A stretch of 64,000 nucleotides of DNA, from the NCBI GenBank assembly GCA_040954595.2, contig CM082598.2, forward strand, positions 9,253,097 to 9,317,096, read 5' to 3'. Each line of letters opens with the position of its first letter. The stretch's first letter is position 1. This DNA is from Balanoglossus misakiensis (taxonomy: Eukaryota; Animalia; Hemichordata). Positions 25,041 to 37,330 of this stretch are shown here, in pieces. The notes under the pieces are model-generated. The model was not told the origin of the DNA. It searched no databases and saw only the letters and a program-made list of their open reading frames with translations. The translations under genes and the position numbers were made by a program.

Positions 25041-26749
25041 ACCGCCATCAAAATCAGTAAAAACCATCATCAACCTCATCACCATATAAACAACTAGAAT
25101 TAACAATTAACATGAAAACTGCCACCACAATCACAACATTACAGGAATAAAATCAAAATATTAAATGACCCATAAAAATCAGAAACTTTTAACCAATGAC
25201 ATTCTACAAAGTCCATAGTCTCTCATTTATTAAACTAGCTGCATTATACTCTTAATTAAATATTATAAGTTTATTATTATCAGTACATAAATTTGTAAGT
25301 CTAAGAATATTGTAATAAGTAAAATTAAACTTTCAAATGGTAATTATTATTATTATTATGCATAGCTGACATTATACACCAGTAATTCTCAATGCTGATT
25401 TACTAAATTACTGCAATTCTCAAAACAAGAGCTATGTAAATTGCTTTCCAATACAAATGAGTGCTCACTTAATTGATGAAAGGGGGGAAAGACAAAGAGC
25501 TGTTGGTGAAATTGACTGGATGGTATTAAACACAATAAAATACATGGGTACACATCTGAAATACAAATCTTATATTATGCAATGTTTAGTTAATAATCTG
25601 GAATGAAATCATGCATCCAATACAAATGTGATCAAAAATATACAAGTTTGATAAATCAGAAATTTTTACTAATCACCACTCTGTGTGAGTGTTACATCAT
25701 GTTTGTGAGTGCAAGGTATAGTATGTCATGTTTGTGAGTGCAAGGTATTTAATAACATCCCCAAATCTGACTGGCCAGGTCAGAATGGGGACACCCACAT
25801 GGAATATTACAAAACTCCTTAATTCCACAGTCTAAATAACTGCAGAGTCATTGCATTACATACATGAGTTTTCAGACAATTATCTCTGCAAAACAATAGT
25901 ACTATACACGTAACAGTAAGTGCATGTGCAAATGACATCTTTTGTTATGATGCCATAATGAAGCATTACCAATCAAGCATATCACCTGTAATCAGATTTA
26001 AGTAAAAAGAAATGTATGTATTCTGGTTTAAATATGGTTATTACTTAAATGCTGACATGGAATATTATACAAAAACACGTTAAATACCAAAGTCAATCTA
26101 ACTGCAGTGTCATTGCATTACAGTGTAAAAAGTAGCACAAGTATATCAAGCAACATTAAAATGATAGAAGAACTGGGAATCATAAGATGCACATTCCTAG
26201 AAAAAAAGAAAACTTTATTTAATTAACAATAACAGTGATATCAATGATGTTTACATACACCAGTCATAAATGTTTTCACCAACAGCTCTATGTACTGGGC
26301 TCATCTTACTTTAATTTGTACACAGACTCATCTGTGACTCACAAAACTCTGTACACAGAATCACAAAGTATGCAATGTCAACTATGCATAGTGTTTAGGC
26401 TACCAATTCTGATGAATATTTAAGATGAATGTGACTAACTGTTTAGATGAAAATACATCTGCTATTTTTATGGTTAAATTAAACCTTCGCTAACATTATT
26501 GTTCTGTTACTTTATACCATTCCAACCACAATGTCAAGTCTAACAGATACAATATTATTGCAATTAATCTGGATTAAATAAAGACCATTAAGAATCAAAT
26601 AATCACCACCTATACCATTCGAAACATATTCATTATCCAGCCTTTTCATCTCGCAGTATCCAAAAATGAAGATCCACTTAAATCTGAGAATACCATGATT
26701 ACATACAATATTCGGAAGTCTTTCTTACACAGCTACAAAGCACTATGAC

Positions 26750-26992
26750 CATCATCATCAGCAGCAGTATTCATCATCATCATCATTACTATGTTTTAAT
26801 TATTATATCATAATCATCAACATCACCACCATGACCATCATCACCATCATCATCATCATCATCATTACTGTTATTTTTGTTTAATCATCATCGTCGTCAT
26901 CATTTTTAATATTTACATTTTTATAATCATCATCATTATTATTATTTGTTATTTTTGTTATATCGCCATCATCTCAACTCATCATCATCATA
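26750..26992. repeat. Degenerate (CAT)n/(TAT)n tract
   Basis: Directly visible. Confidence 0.85.
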
Positions 26993-27789
26993 AATGTGCA
27001 CATTATTATTACCTTTCATATTTGTACTGAATCATTTATACAAGGGATATTCTTGTTTAATATGTATTTTGAAACTTTATCATACCTTATCCTGCAAAAC
27101 CCCAAAAGTATAATTTTCTTACACCAGATACTGTTAGGCCTGTCTATTATTGAATTTGTTCTGTATTTCACTCTTCATTAAATGTTCTGTCTTAAATCAA
27201 CCTCCATTCTGCAAAGTACAATCTTACCTTTATGATGACAAAACCCAATGCACTGGTGTTCAGTGGAAGTTACTTTTGATCTTTGCAGTATACATTTCTC
27301 AGTAAACATTTCATTCACAGAGATTGACACCATCCGTATCATAAATTTGCATTTCAACAGCACGGAAAAACCCCCAGACTGAATAGCATTAATAGCAGAT
27401 GCTTACCATGCTTTGTGGCAGGTTAGTGTTTGTAATCCTGCATCATCCTGTCTTATACTCATGTACACTTTCAGGCAATAGAATAAAATACACAGTATGA
27501 ATAAATAAATAAAAAATAATACTTCCCTCTCAATGATCAGTTGTAGTAACAGTAGTAATGTACATCCATTTCAGTAATCCTCAACTTTTCCACACTATAG
27601 TCTTGTCAGATTTCACGGAAAGTTCCTCCTGCAAGAAAGAAATTTGAAAACAATGGGTAAGAGACACTCAAATACAGTATACATGTATCTTCATCACATA
27701 AACTGACCCACGATTTACACCTTTGTGCCGTAGACCAGGACATAAAAAAATCTATATTTAAAACCGAAGCACGACGCGCAATACATCCG

Positions 27790-28110
27790 CATATGCTAAT
27801 CACCTATTGAATATTCATGAGAACCCTATATAAGGGTTTGACCAGATGAGAACGGTGTAACTACCCTTCAACAGTGGAGTTGGATAGCAAAGCAATCGAA
27901 GAAAGTGTAAGATAGAGGGGAGGGTGGGGCGGGATACCGTTTGGTGTACAAGTCCCCCTTCTAGCTGAGGAGCGCCCGCGTAGGTTTCCCACCCACCTAC
28001 CCTCATTCACCGAAGACTCCGTTCAGGATAAAGCCTTCAATGACACCATTCCCATGCCCAATCCTATAACAATAGGCAATATCCTTGAGCGGAGTGATAA
28101 GGCTTTAAAT
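27790..28110. other. GC-rich structured element of unknown family (long stem plus interlocked pairings) downstream of octamer- and TATA-like motifs
   Basis: 27915-27938 pairs with 27983-28004; 28016-28029 with 28081-28095; 28030-28037 with 28099-28106. ATGCTAAT (~27793) and TATATAA (~27827) lie upstream. Confidence 0.4.
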
Positions 28111-28189
28111 ATTACATTATACCCCCTGTTCTACATCATCAACTGGAACTATTTCCAACAATTCGCTGAGTGAGTGCCACAGCTCAGTT

Positions 28190-29380
28190 TCGTCTGAGCG
28201 AGGCTGGATGGTTTGGAGCCAGTTCAGCGCGTTATGACTGAAATTCTATATTCCACCAGTCGTGGTTTGTACAAGATGTAGAAACAAGTCGCAGTAATAA
28301 TGTTGGAGAATCGATAAGATTTGTATAACTTGGTCCCAGGCTGAGATTGTGTCGCCATGATACATATATTTTGTATTTCTGCGGAAACACCGACCGACCG
28401 CACTGACTTGACCTCCGCAACGACGCAAATGCAACAGTTCCTTAAACTTATTTTTAAAATCCTGTCATATTAATGGTTTGGGGATACATGGCTATGGCGC
28501 GTAATCGAGGCAAAAATTAACACCTCACTTTTTGAGTGAAACGCATTCGTTTTGAGTGAAATGCATTAGTTTTGAGGCAACACATTGGCTTTGAAGGTCG
28601 ACACTTTTGAATCGCCGAGGACCACATTCCTTTTGAGCTGACACGCATTTGAATCGGACGTGACCTCATTTGAGTTGGGACAAACCATTTTTGACTTGGA
28701 GTACACTGCATTTGATTTGAGTGATGATACTTTTGAGTTGAGACAAACCGTGTTTGAATTTAAGTCCACCGCATTCCATTTGAGGCTCAACTTGTGAATG
28801 GGACACCATCTCATTTGATTTGACTCAGGTTTTTCTTCCAATTGATTGTACCAGAATGTGGCTCTCTGTAAAACAACCCTTCTTTGTAGTGATTAGCTTT
28901 GCCCAGACAACATGAAACGTCACAAAGCGTCATACCCTGTGTCCGATCACTATGCATACTGGGTATGTTTTCTTTTGAAAAGTAGAAATAGACATTACTT
29001 TTTTTCTCTTGTAGGCCTGTCTCATTGTTTCTAATATAACTTTTTGGGAACTTCAATGCGTTGCCTACGGGCGGGAACCTATTACTGATATGAAACACAC
29101 AACCTATATATGGTTCGGGGTCAGTCCTTCCAGATCCCCCAGTTCAGTAACAGAAAACACCTGTATATATTAATGACGTCATGTGACGTGGGGCATGACG
29201 CTTTGTGACGTTAGAGTTTGGAGTTTAGTTTATTTTTTTATAAACTTTTACATGAACTACATCAATTACCCCAATAAAAATGCAACTGGTGGTATGACTT
29301 TGCAGGCGAACTGAGCTCAATGCAATGCCACGACTTGCTGGAAGATTTTATGAATGAACAGCTTCTGTCTTTTGCATATC
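28190..29380 (-). mobile_element. Diverged inverted relative of the MITE-A interior, lacking the MITE-B insertion and interrupted by ~0.7 kb of other sequence
   Basis: 28190-28495 matches the reverse complement of ~22510-23060 and 29222-29360 matches ~22390-22505. There is a single TGACTTGAC (the MITE-B target) at 28404-28412. Confidence 0.75.
28525..28829. repeat. Degenerate ~20-21-bp minisatellite anchored on TTTGA
   Basis: About 14 units of (T/A)TTTGA(G/A/T)... with variable spacers. Confidence 0.7.
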
Positions 29381-29526
29381 TCATGTGGGCTACAGATCCT
29401 TGCGCCCCTGAAAAATAATCCCACTAAAAATACAAGGCCACTCCAATATTTTAGAAAGATACTGAATTTTTATTACTGCCTCTTCTAAAGAAAAATAAGA
29501 AGACTGTTCATGTGATAAATATATAA

Positions 29527-29662
29527 TCCCATGATATTTTTCATTGTTTAATGTCATCGTACACTAGTGGTTTTCGTGGATGTGAATAATTTCTCGCCTA
29601 CAGCTCAAAGTTGCACGGCTCCATGAAAACCACTCGTAGATGATGACATCAAACAAAGAAAA
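29527..29662. mobile_element. Palindromic MITE whose right arm is split by the HINE (arm resumes at ~31103-31120)
   Basis: ATCCCATGATATTTTT...GTGGTTTTC pairs with GAAAACCAC...AAACAAAGAAAA; the missing AAAATATCATGGGAT appears immediately after the HINE. Confidence 0.7.
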
Positions 29663-31106
29663 TAGCGTCAAGGACACTGTGGTCCCATTTGAGGATTACA
29701 CAGAAATAGGCATACACCAGAATAAAAATTACATGTGACATTGCAAGCAGATATGATCTAATCACATAGAAATATGGAATGTAAAACAATTAACAAGGAA
29801 CATGCCCAATAAACTGTCATGTGTCATGGCAGTCTTACAAGTGGTGCTAGAAAAAATATTTTTGACCAAAAATAGTCTGTACAAAAACATATGACAAAAA
29901 CTTCTTTCAGTCAGCCCTTGAACAGACATACAGACAGACAGACACACAGACAAAGACACTCACTGACCTGCCTCTGGTAATTAAAAATTTAATAGCTGGT
30001 GGTCTCGGCAACAGCTGACCTATTAAAGTTATGTAAACATGTCTAAGTTGGGGGTAACAACTCCTTGTAAACAGTAACTTTCATAACAACTGGACAATTG
30101 GTTTTAGAGAAGATTTGCTAACCAAAAACAAAGAAACAAAAAACACTCTAAATATTGAATATTTCTGATATCAGAATTGAATAAAAGTTGCACGTATACA
30201 TGTATGTGTTATGAAATTGTATCCTAAATTTCAAAGCAATTCAACAAGCAGTTTCACAGAAAATATTTGTTCAAAAGTGGCTAAAACACAAATATGCAAA
30301 TATCACCAAAATTGTACAATATCTTACTTTAATCACTATGAGGAACATGCCTGCCAAAGTTCAATGGAAAGTGACAAGTGGTTTCAGAGAAAACAATTTT
30401 TGACAAAAAATGGAAAACAATTTCCCTAATAACACATTTATGCAAATATCGCATTTTTAACAACATATTACTTAGGTTACCCCTAGGAACATACCTACCA
30501 AATTGCAAAGCAATCCGGCATGCGGTTTTTAAAAAAAAATTGACCAAAAATGGCAAAAATTGACCAAAATGATATATATGCACATTTTGCAACAGTTAGA
30601 ACAAAAAACAATGATAAATCAGATCACCTATAGGAAGCTTCATATTAAGTTTCAAAGAAGTTGACATATCACTTTCAGAAATGTTGATTTTTACCAATAA
30701 TGTTGAAAAGACAAAAAATGCATTAAAAATAGAAAATTTGTAATATTAGCTTAAAACATACAGGACTGTATGAGGTAGACATAAGGTGCATGCATACCAA
30801 ATACACACCACTTTGCAAATCAATCTGACCAGTGGTTGTTGAGTTTTTGAGTTTTGACCAATTTCACATTTTCCCAGCTAATTTGCAAATTTTTGGCAAT
30901 GGCATCTTCATTTGAACAAACTCCCATCTACAGCCCTGCCTGCATCTACACACCAAATATTGAGGTCATAAGCGCAGCGGTTTTTAAGTTTTTGATGTGG
31001 ACGGACATACAGACATACATCCATACATACATACATATATACATACATACATACAGACGCAACCGATCCCATAAGGTCCCATAGTATAAACCAATGGGAC
31101 CTAAAA
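29662..31106 (+). mobile_element. Helentron-associated non-autonomous element (HINE/DINE-like)
   Basis: 5' subterminal GGTCCCAT (29681-29688); internal ~150-bp degenerate core repeats (CCAAA.TT.CAAAGCAAT...GGTTT); (CATA)n tract; 3' hairpin GGTCCCAT-11nt-ATGGGACC (31075-31101) then TAAAAA. Inserted in an A-run without a TSD. Confidence 0.75.
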
Positions 31107-31259
31107 AATATCATGGGATTCTATGTAATTATCTTCAAGTTCAAATATCAGGGATTGCGTTAGCACTCACTACATTCACAAAATGTGGTAAAAATGACAA
31201 ATGGTGAAAAACAATTTCATTCAATTTACCATGCCAATATATAAGTGAATTGAGATAAT

Positions 31260-31960
31260 ATGGCTTCAGTGAAGCAAAGTTTGGCTGACTTTTTGGGAGC
31301 TGTTGACCAGAAAAAATCAAAGGATAGACACAGCAAACAACATCAAGCCCAAATGGTTAAGACAATTTAGCTGGTTGCGATTTTAGAAACAGCTTTTTGT
31401 GTGTGATTTGTGCATCAAATTTCGGCGAAGCAATTTGTTTACACAACTGAGATAAAAACCAGGACCCCTAAAGCAGGCAACCTGAATTGACATTTTCCTT
31501 GTTTATTTTTATAGGGTTGCAAGTTGTTGCGGTTCTCTGCCAAGATGAGGGGGGGGTCACATACATGCATAGTGCAAGTATTAACGAGCTTTAGATGATT
31601 GTATCGCTGACATTGTGGAAAGAAATGATTGGAAGGATGAAAGTTGCAAAATTCTATTTGCTTGAGTTAGATGAATCAACAAATATTGCTGTTTGTCAAA
31701 ATTTGATGATATATACACATTCGTGCCGTGTTGTATATCGAAAGGTGGAGTCTCGTTTTCTGAGCATCGCAATGCTGAACAGAGCAACATGTGAGCAGCT
31801 ACACTTGGAAGTGAAAGATATTTTGTCGAAGGGTGTCTCTGACAAGTCTGATAATATCTCTGGGCACAGATGGAGCTAGTACCAGGCAAGGATTGACAAC
31901 ACAGTTTTGAGAAGGAAAATTGAAAAAGTAAGGTTGTTAGAAGCATCTGATTACATAACT
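31260..31960 (+). pseudogene. hAT-superfamily transposase relic (TTF-type zinc finger plus the DESTD catalytic region)
   Basis: KPKWLRQFSWLRF...CDLCIKF, then AKFYLLELDESTNIAVCQNLMIY...VESRFLSIAML, the hAT/ZNF862-like first catalytic D motif. Deleted and frameshifted. Confidence 0.8.
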
Positions 31961-32276
31961 GCATTAAAAAATCACGTCAAGGACACGGCGGTCCCATTGA
32001 GGGTTTACACAAGAAAAAGTCTACACCGGCGTACATGGCCATATACAGACAGACAGACACACACACACACACACACACACATAGCGAGAGATCAATGGGC
32101 AAACACTGACTGACCCATAAGCTGCCTGGCAATAGCATATGTACTGTACATACACTAAATAGAACAGCAGGCCTCTATAAAACTTAGCCAGTTATGTAAT
32201 CATTCAGGAATTTGATGTGTATATAAATCACAGGAGGGAGTTCCTGCCTAATTAAAACAACTCAATAAAGTAAAAA

Positions 32277-32545
32277 CACACCACTTTGCAAAGCAATCTG
32301 ACCAGTAGTTCTTGAGTTACTGAGTTTTGACCAAATTCACATTTTTCCAGCTAATTTGCATATTTTTGGCAATGACAACTTCATTTGAACAAACTCCCAT
32401 CTACAGCCCAGCCTGCATCTGCACACCAAATATCGAGGTTATACGCGCAGCGGTTTTCAAGTTTTTGATGTGGACGGACATACATCCATACATCCATGGA
32501 TACATACATACATACATACATACATACAGTACGTTAGATACACAC
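32277..32545 (+). mobile_element. Partial second copy of the HINE 3' region
   Basis: Close match to 30805-31055 (CACACCACTTTGCAAA.CAATCTGACCAGT...GTGGACGGACATAC) followed by (CATA)n. Confidence 0.85.
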
Positions 32546-32789
32546 ACGAATCGCAACAGTTTACCACCTTAGCTAATCCTATAAACAGATCATCAATTTG
32601 TGCTACCGGTAGTGGGCCTATAGCCAGATAAACGAAAACGATCGTCCAGCCAGCTAGCTACATATGAGCACTGTTGTTACAGAGAGCTCGGTCGCTCTGA
32701 CGGCTTCGACGCTCGATTCAGGACTGTGTGTTATTTATACTGACTCTGCCTTCAACCGTGTGTGATTGGACTCGCCGATAAACAAGAAA

Positions 32790-33376
32790 AGTGGCGGGAG
32801 TGGGAGGGGGTGTCCCCCTCCCACATAAGAAAATTTTGTAAAATATGTAGCGCAAAGTTGCAATTTAATGAACTCAAAAGCAAATTAACTCAATGTTTGG
32901 GAGGACCAATTTTACTTTTTGCCACTCCACTCAAAGTTAGAAGATTTGGCGTCATCTTGTCATGACATCATTTATAAAACTTCTAGTATATAGAAGATGC
33001 AGCACGAAACTATCAGTTATGCAAAATGGTTTAAACAATTATTCTCCTTTATGTATTCACTTTGTTAAATATTATCATCGGTGGGGTTGGGGTGGCAAGC
33101 ACTCTGCCCTGGTACACAAGACAAACCAGCAAAAAATGAAATGTGGCGGAGAATGAAAGGGGTGGGTGTGGGAGGGGGTGTCTCCTTCCCACATTAGACA
33201 ATTTTGTAAAATAAAGGGTGCGAAACTGCAATTTTGTGGACTCAAAAGCAAAAGTTCGGTGGCAAAAATATGTGACCCCCCCCCCCTAAACGTTTACAAA
33301 AAACAGATGACCCCCCCTTGTGGACTTCAAAATTTAAGTGACCCCCCCTGGATTTTGCCGCCCCCCCCCCCCCCCC
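32790..33376 (-). mobile_element. Partial inverted copy of the PIF/Harbinger-like element at 41742-42870
   Basis: The reverse complement matches ~41762-42290 and 42480-42540 closely; the terminal TIR bases are missing. Confidence 0.85.
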
Positions 33377-34260
33377 CAGAACGCAGATAAGGAGATGGCA
33401 GGGCAATTAGCAGTGTTTACTGCTCATACAGAATCAACACAGATGGAGATTACGTAAACATGCGTCGGATTAGCGCCTCAGTTTACACAAGCGTTTGATT
33501 GACAGCACGCTTGAATTCTCAACGGCTGAAGTTGTGGGCTCGACTCGCCACCGTCGACGCCAAACTATGCTGAAAATCGCCCCTGATTTGCGTCTGTCTG
33601 GGGAATTTACGCCATAAATCGGTAGGAGACATATTCATGGTGGAATTTGTATGCATTGTGAAGGATGTTGTGGTCGAAAACTTCGGAAAATCATGTATTC
33701 CCGGGAGCGTGTGTCCGCTGTTCACCCTTCAGAGTCAATTAACACAATGAACGCCGCCATGTGGCTACTCCTATTTATAGGGACGCTCCGCTTTTAAATG
33801 GTTTGCAAATCTATAATTACATACATATAAGTACGTTAAATAACGACTTTTGAACAAATAATTTAGCTAAATAATAAGTTAACACATGGCACCCCATAAA
33901 TCACGGTCACTCGACCGTGCTGCAATGCATCAGTAGTTGGATCTGACCACATTCAGATTCAAAATTTAATCATTTTGCCTTTTCAAATATGAGCACAAGG
34001 CAATTTATATCAGTGAGATATCTGAAGCAACAAATATTCCGGGACTTGAAACAGAATCAGATGGTACAGCCCAGAAGGTGACTTAAAATCTCAGTAAAGT
34101 TCCATCAGTTTGGAACATTTCGGTTTTTTGAGAAATGTACACCTATTTGCATATTAATTGTCCATAGTTAGCACTGGTACTGTTACAGTAGCAAATTGAC
34201 TTCAAGTGTTGCAAACATTAAAAATGAATAGCTGACACCTCGCAATAACACCCCACAATA

Positions 34261-34350
34261 TAGCTCTGCGTACAGGTCTGTGTGTTCCCGGCGTTACACG
34301 TGGTGGAGGCCGTGAAACGCCGGGAACACACAGACCTGTACCCAGGGTTA
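34261..34350. mobile_element. MITE-B, minimal 90-bp copy
   Basis: Same TIR as 22588-22830; perfect 9-bp TSD CCCACAATA (34252-34260 / 34351-34359). Confidence 0.92.
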
Positions 34351-35075
34351 CCCACAATAAAAAGAGTGTAGGCTCAAAGTGGTGAAATACACAGGAAAAT
34401 CACCCCTTGTATCGTTACCAAAATGATTCATTCGGAGTAGCTGCAATAATTGTAGCTCTTGTTTTTTTCTGATCGTCAAAATGTCAAAATAAGGCCTAGA
34501 TATCGTCAAAATGCCAAAAGAAGGCGGAAAACGCTACAGTTACTGCAGTTACATTCGGAGTAACTGCGTCACAACTTTTTACATGTGCTTGAAATGACAA
34601 ATTCATTGTTAAACTTCCAATAAGCTTAATAATACTCACTGAAACATCAAGACGACCATGACATTCCATGCACACTGTGCACCCCGGGCTAATTCCAGAG
34701 ATTTCTCCAGCACAAATCTTGGATTCGAACGCGTGCACAAATTTTACGCAGATAGAAACTTGGGCGCCATGTCACATGACGTCATCATCGACACTGCCTG
34801 AGCGATAGAGCAGTCAGTAGAAATTCCTAGTCTACCGTCTTTGATAAAATTTGCACCCGGACTGCTGGCCAATACTTGATAATATTTCCATTTTGAGGGC
34901 TTGGCGCCCCTTCAAACCGCCCGCGAAAGTTCACGAATCTGTCCAGCCAAAACTCTCGTCGCGTATTGTTGTCCAAACTCAACTTTCCATGACACCACCA
35001 TAGCAATCATCAGCCATTAATCATACACGCATGCGCACCGCCCCCAACGACAACCATGTGAAACCCTGATGTTTC

Positions 35076-35312
35076 TTTTCATTTTATTTTGTTTTCTTTT
35101 CTTTTCAAATTTTTATTCAATTTTGTTTTCAATTTCGTTTTTATTTTATTTATATTTTTATTTTGTTTTGTTTTTAATTTCTTTTCATTTTATTTTCATT
35201 TTATTTTGTTTTCTTTTCTTTTCAAATTTTTTTTATTCAATTTTGTTTTCAATTTCGTTTTTATTTTATTTATATTTATATTTTGTTTTGTTTTTAATTT
35301 CTTTTCATTTTC
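35076..35312. repeat. Tandem duplication of an ~118-bp T-rich low-complexity unit
   Basis: TTTTCATTTTATTTTGTTTTCTTTTCTTTTCAAATTT...CAATTTCG... starts at 35076 and again at 35193. Confidence 0.85.
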
Positions 35313-35432
35313 TTTTCAAACAAAAACACACAAACAAACAAAATACAAACACAAACAAAAACACACAAACTATAGATATATTTATGCATTTTAACAGGGG
35401 CAGCATCGGCCGCCATATAGATATACAGACTG

Positions 35433-35544
35433 CAATCTGATTAAAATTAGATGTAGGGAACGGCGACTTTGTTTTTTTTTTAGTGTAGGCGACAGCATAA
35501 AAAAACCATGTCGCCGTTCCCTACATCTGATTTTAATCAGATTG
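35433..35544. mobile_element. MITE-A, minimal 112-bp copy
   Basis: TIR CAATCTGATTAAAAT.AGATGTAGGGAACGGCGAC; perfect 9-bp TSD TACAGACTG (35424-35432 / 35545-35553). Confidence 0.92.
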
Positions 35545-35755
35545 TACAGACTGATGACAAATGCCTGACACCCAACCATAGCATGTCTAATATCTTGCCA
35601 TATTTTTTCTGCTTTGTTTTCAAAAACTAACGTCTAGTGTCATGCATGCCACTCTCCCAGTAAAGCCTGATACCCTCAAACCCACCCACCCCCCAACCCC
35701 TCCCCCGCTGGGAACTATCCCCTTGATGTCACTCACATAGTGGAGGCAGTGTTAA

Positions 35756-35937
35756 AGGTATACGGTCACGTGGAAAATTAGCTATAGTTACCATGACAAA
35801 TTGAGATCCAGCCAATCACAGATATTCAGTGGGTGGCACACGCGAAAAAAAGAGCGCCACCATATGTTCTTTAGAACGCTCAAATACTCCATTTCAGCCA
35901 TATGTGGGGTATGTAATTTGGAGGTGACTGTATACCT
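35756..35937. mobile_element. TTAA-target (Kolobok-like) MITE
   Basis: TTAA|AGGTATACGGTCAC...GTGACTGTATACCT|TTTTAA. Confidence 0.6.
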
Positions 35938-36244
35938 TTTTAAGTCGAATTTAAAATGTTACTTATCCTTAATTACACATGTATATCCATTCTATTGTCC
36001 AATCATTGGAAAAAACAGTCTCTGATTGACTTCAAAGGGATGCTAGTTACATCACAAATCCCAGCAAGGGATATCAGGCTTAACTGGGCCAGTGGAATGC
36101 ATGATGCTAGCCGTTAGTTTTGGAACCAAAGCAGTCAAAATACCACTACATGTACATCGCACATCCATCATCACATAAGCCAGCTAGAATATTTTGACAA
36201 CAGCAGCCCAGTTCTGCAGACTCACTTTAACCAATGTTATAAAA

Positions 36245-36416
36245 CAGTAAAATCTGTCTAAACTGAATACCAAAGAGACTGAATAAAATTGTTCGGTGAG
36301 CAGAGGTGTCCAGTTTATAGAGGTTAACATGTGCTTCTATGTAAAGGGACAGGAAAAGGTGTTTGGTATAGACAGGTTTCCAGATTAGACAGGGTTCTGT
36401 CTAGACAGGTTTTGGT
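36245..36416. mobile_element. Decayed pogo/Tigger-type MITE
   Basis: CAGTAAAATCTGTCTA...TAGACAGGTTTTGG with internal TAGACAGG repeats like those at 14673-14844. Confidence 0.55.
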
Positions 36417-36844
36417 AATTGTGTTTAGGTTTACATGGTTGTATCACTGGAATATTAAAGGAGTCACTGCAATTATCTCTAATTAACCAACTGGCATTTG
36501 CCGAAGTATCAAGACTGGAATAATTTTAATACTAACTCAGACATTGCTACAGCGGAAACGTTTTGAAGTTTTCAGAGCCAAAGTGGCAACTTTCATCGAC
36601 TGTGTCACTTTTTGTATGATCTACCACATTTCTGTAATTCAGTTGCGCACAACTATCAAAATATTCAACCTGATCAAAGAATAGGAAATTACGTCAGGGC
36701 ATAAACTTACTATTCTTGGGGCGCATACTAGTGTCTTACGTGAAGGCACAATTAGCCTATCAATTTTGCATAGCAAAATCTTTTAGCTATGGAAGAGTGA
36801 AACATTTTTTTCAACAAACAAACATATGACTGACTGACTAACTA

Positions 36845-37330
36845 CAATCTGATTAAAATCAGATGTAGGGAACGGCGACGTCTTTTACTTATGCTGCATT
36901 CACAAACACCTCTGGAGGTGGGGGGCGGGAGAATTAAGGGGGGAATTTGAAAAAAATTGAGGGTATGTAAGGTGGGATTTGAAATAATTTAGGGACTGAA
37001 AGGGGGGACTTGAAAACTTTGAGAACTAAAAATCCACAAAAATGCAGTTTTGAACCCTTCATAATACAAATTTTTCTTATGTGGGAGGGGGACACCCCCT
37101 CCCACACCCACCCCGTCATTCATCAACACCTTTCAATCATTGACTGGTTTATCTATAGTGCCCCAGGTCAGAGGAATTGCCCCCCCCCCCACCCCCATGC
37201 TAACTTTGAGCGCCGGTAGTTGAGTTAATTTGCTTTTGGGTTCATTGAAATGCAGCTTTGAGCTCTGTATTTTATAAAAAAATTCTTATGTGGGAGGGGG
37301 ACACCCCATCCCAAACCCACCCCCCTTCAC
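36845..37330 (+). mobile_element. Single MITE-A end fused to a partial copy of the 62482-63187 element
   Basis: CAATCTGATTAAAATCAGATGTAGGGAACGGCGAC at 36845; 36901-37270 matches the reverse complement of ~62780-63187. Confidence 0.75.

Noticed and set aside
35069-35440. Phe-rich 'membrane protein' ORFs
   Set aside because: T-rich low-complexity duplication, not coding.
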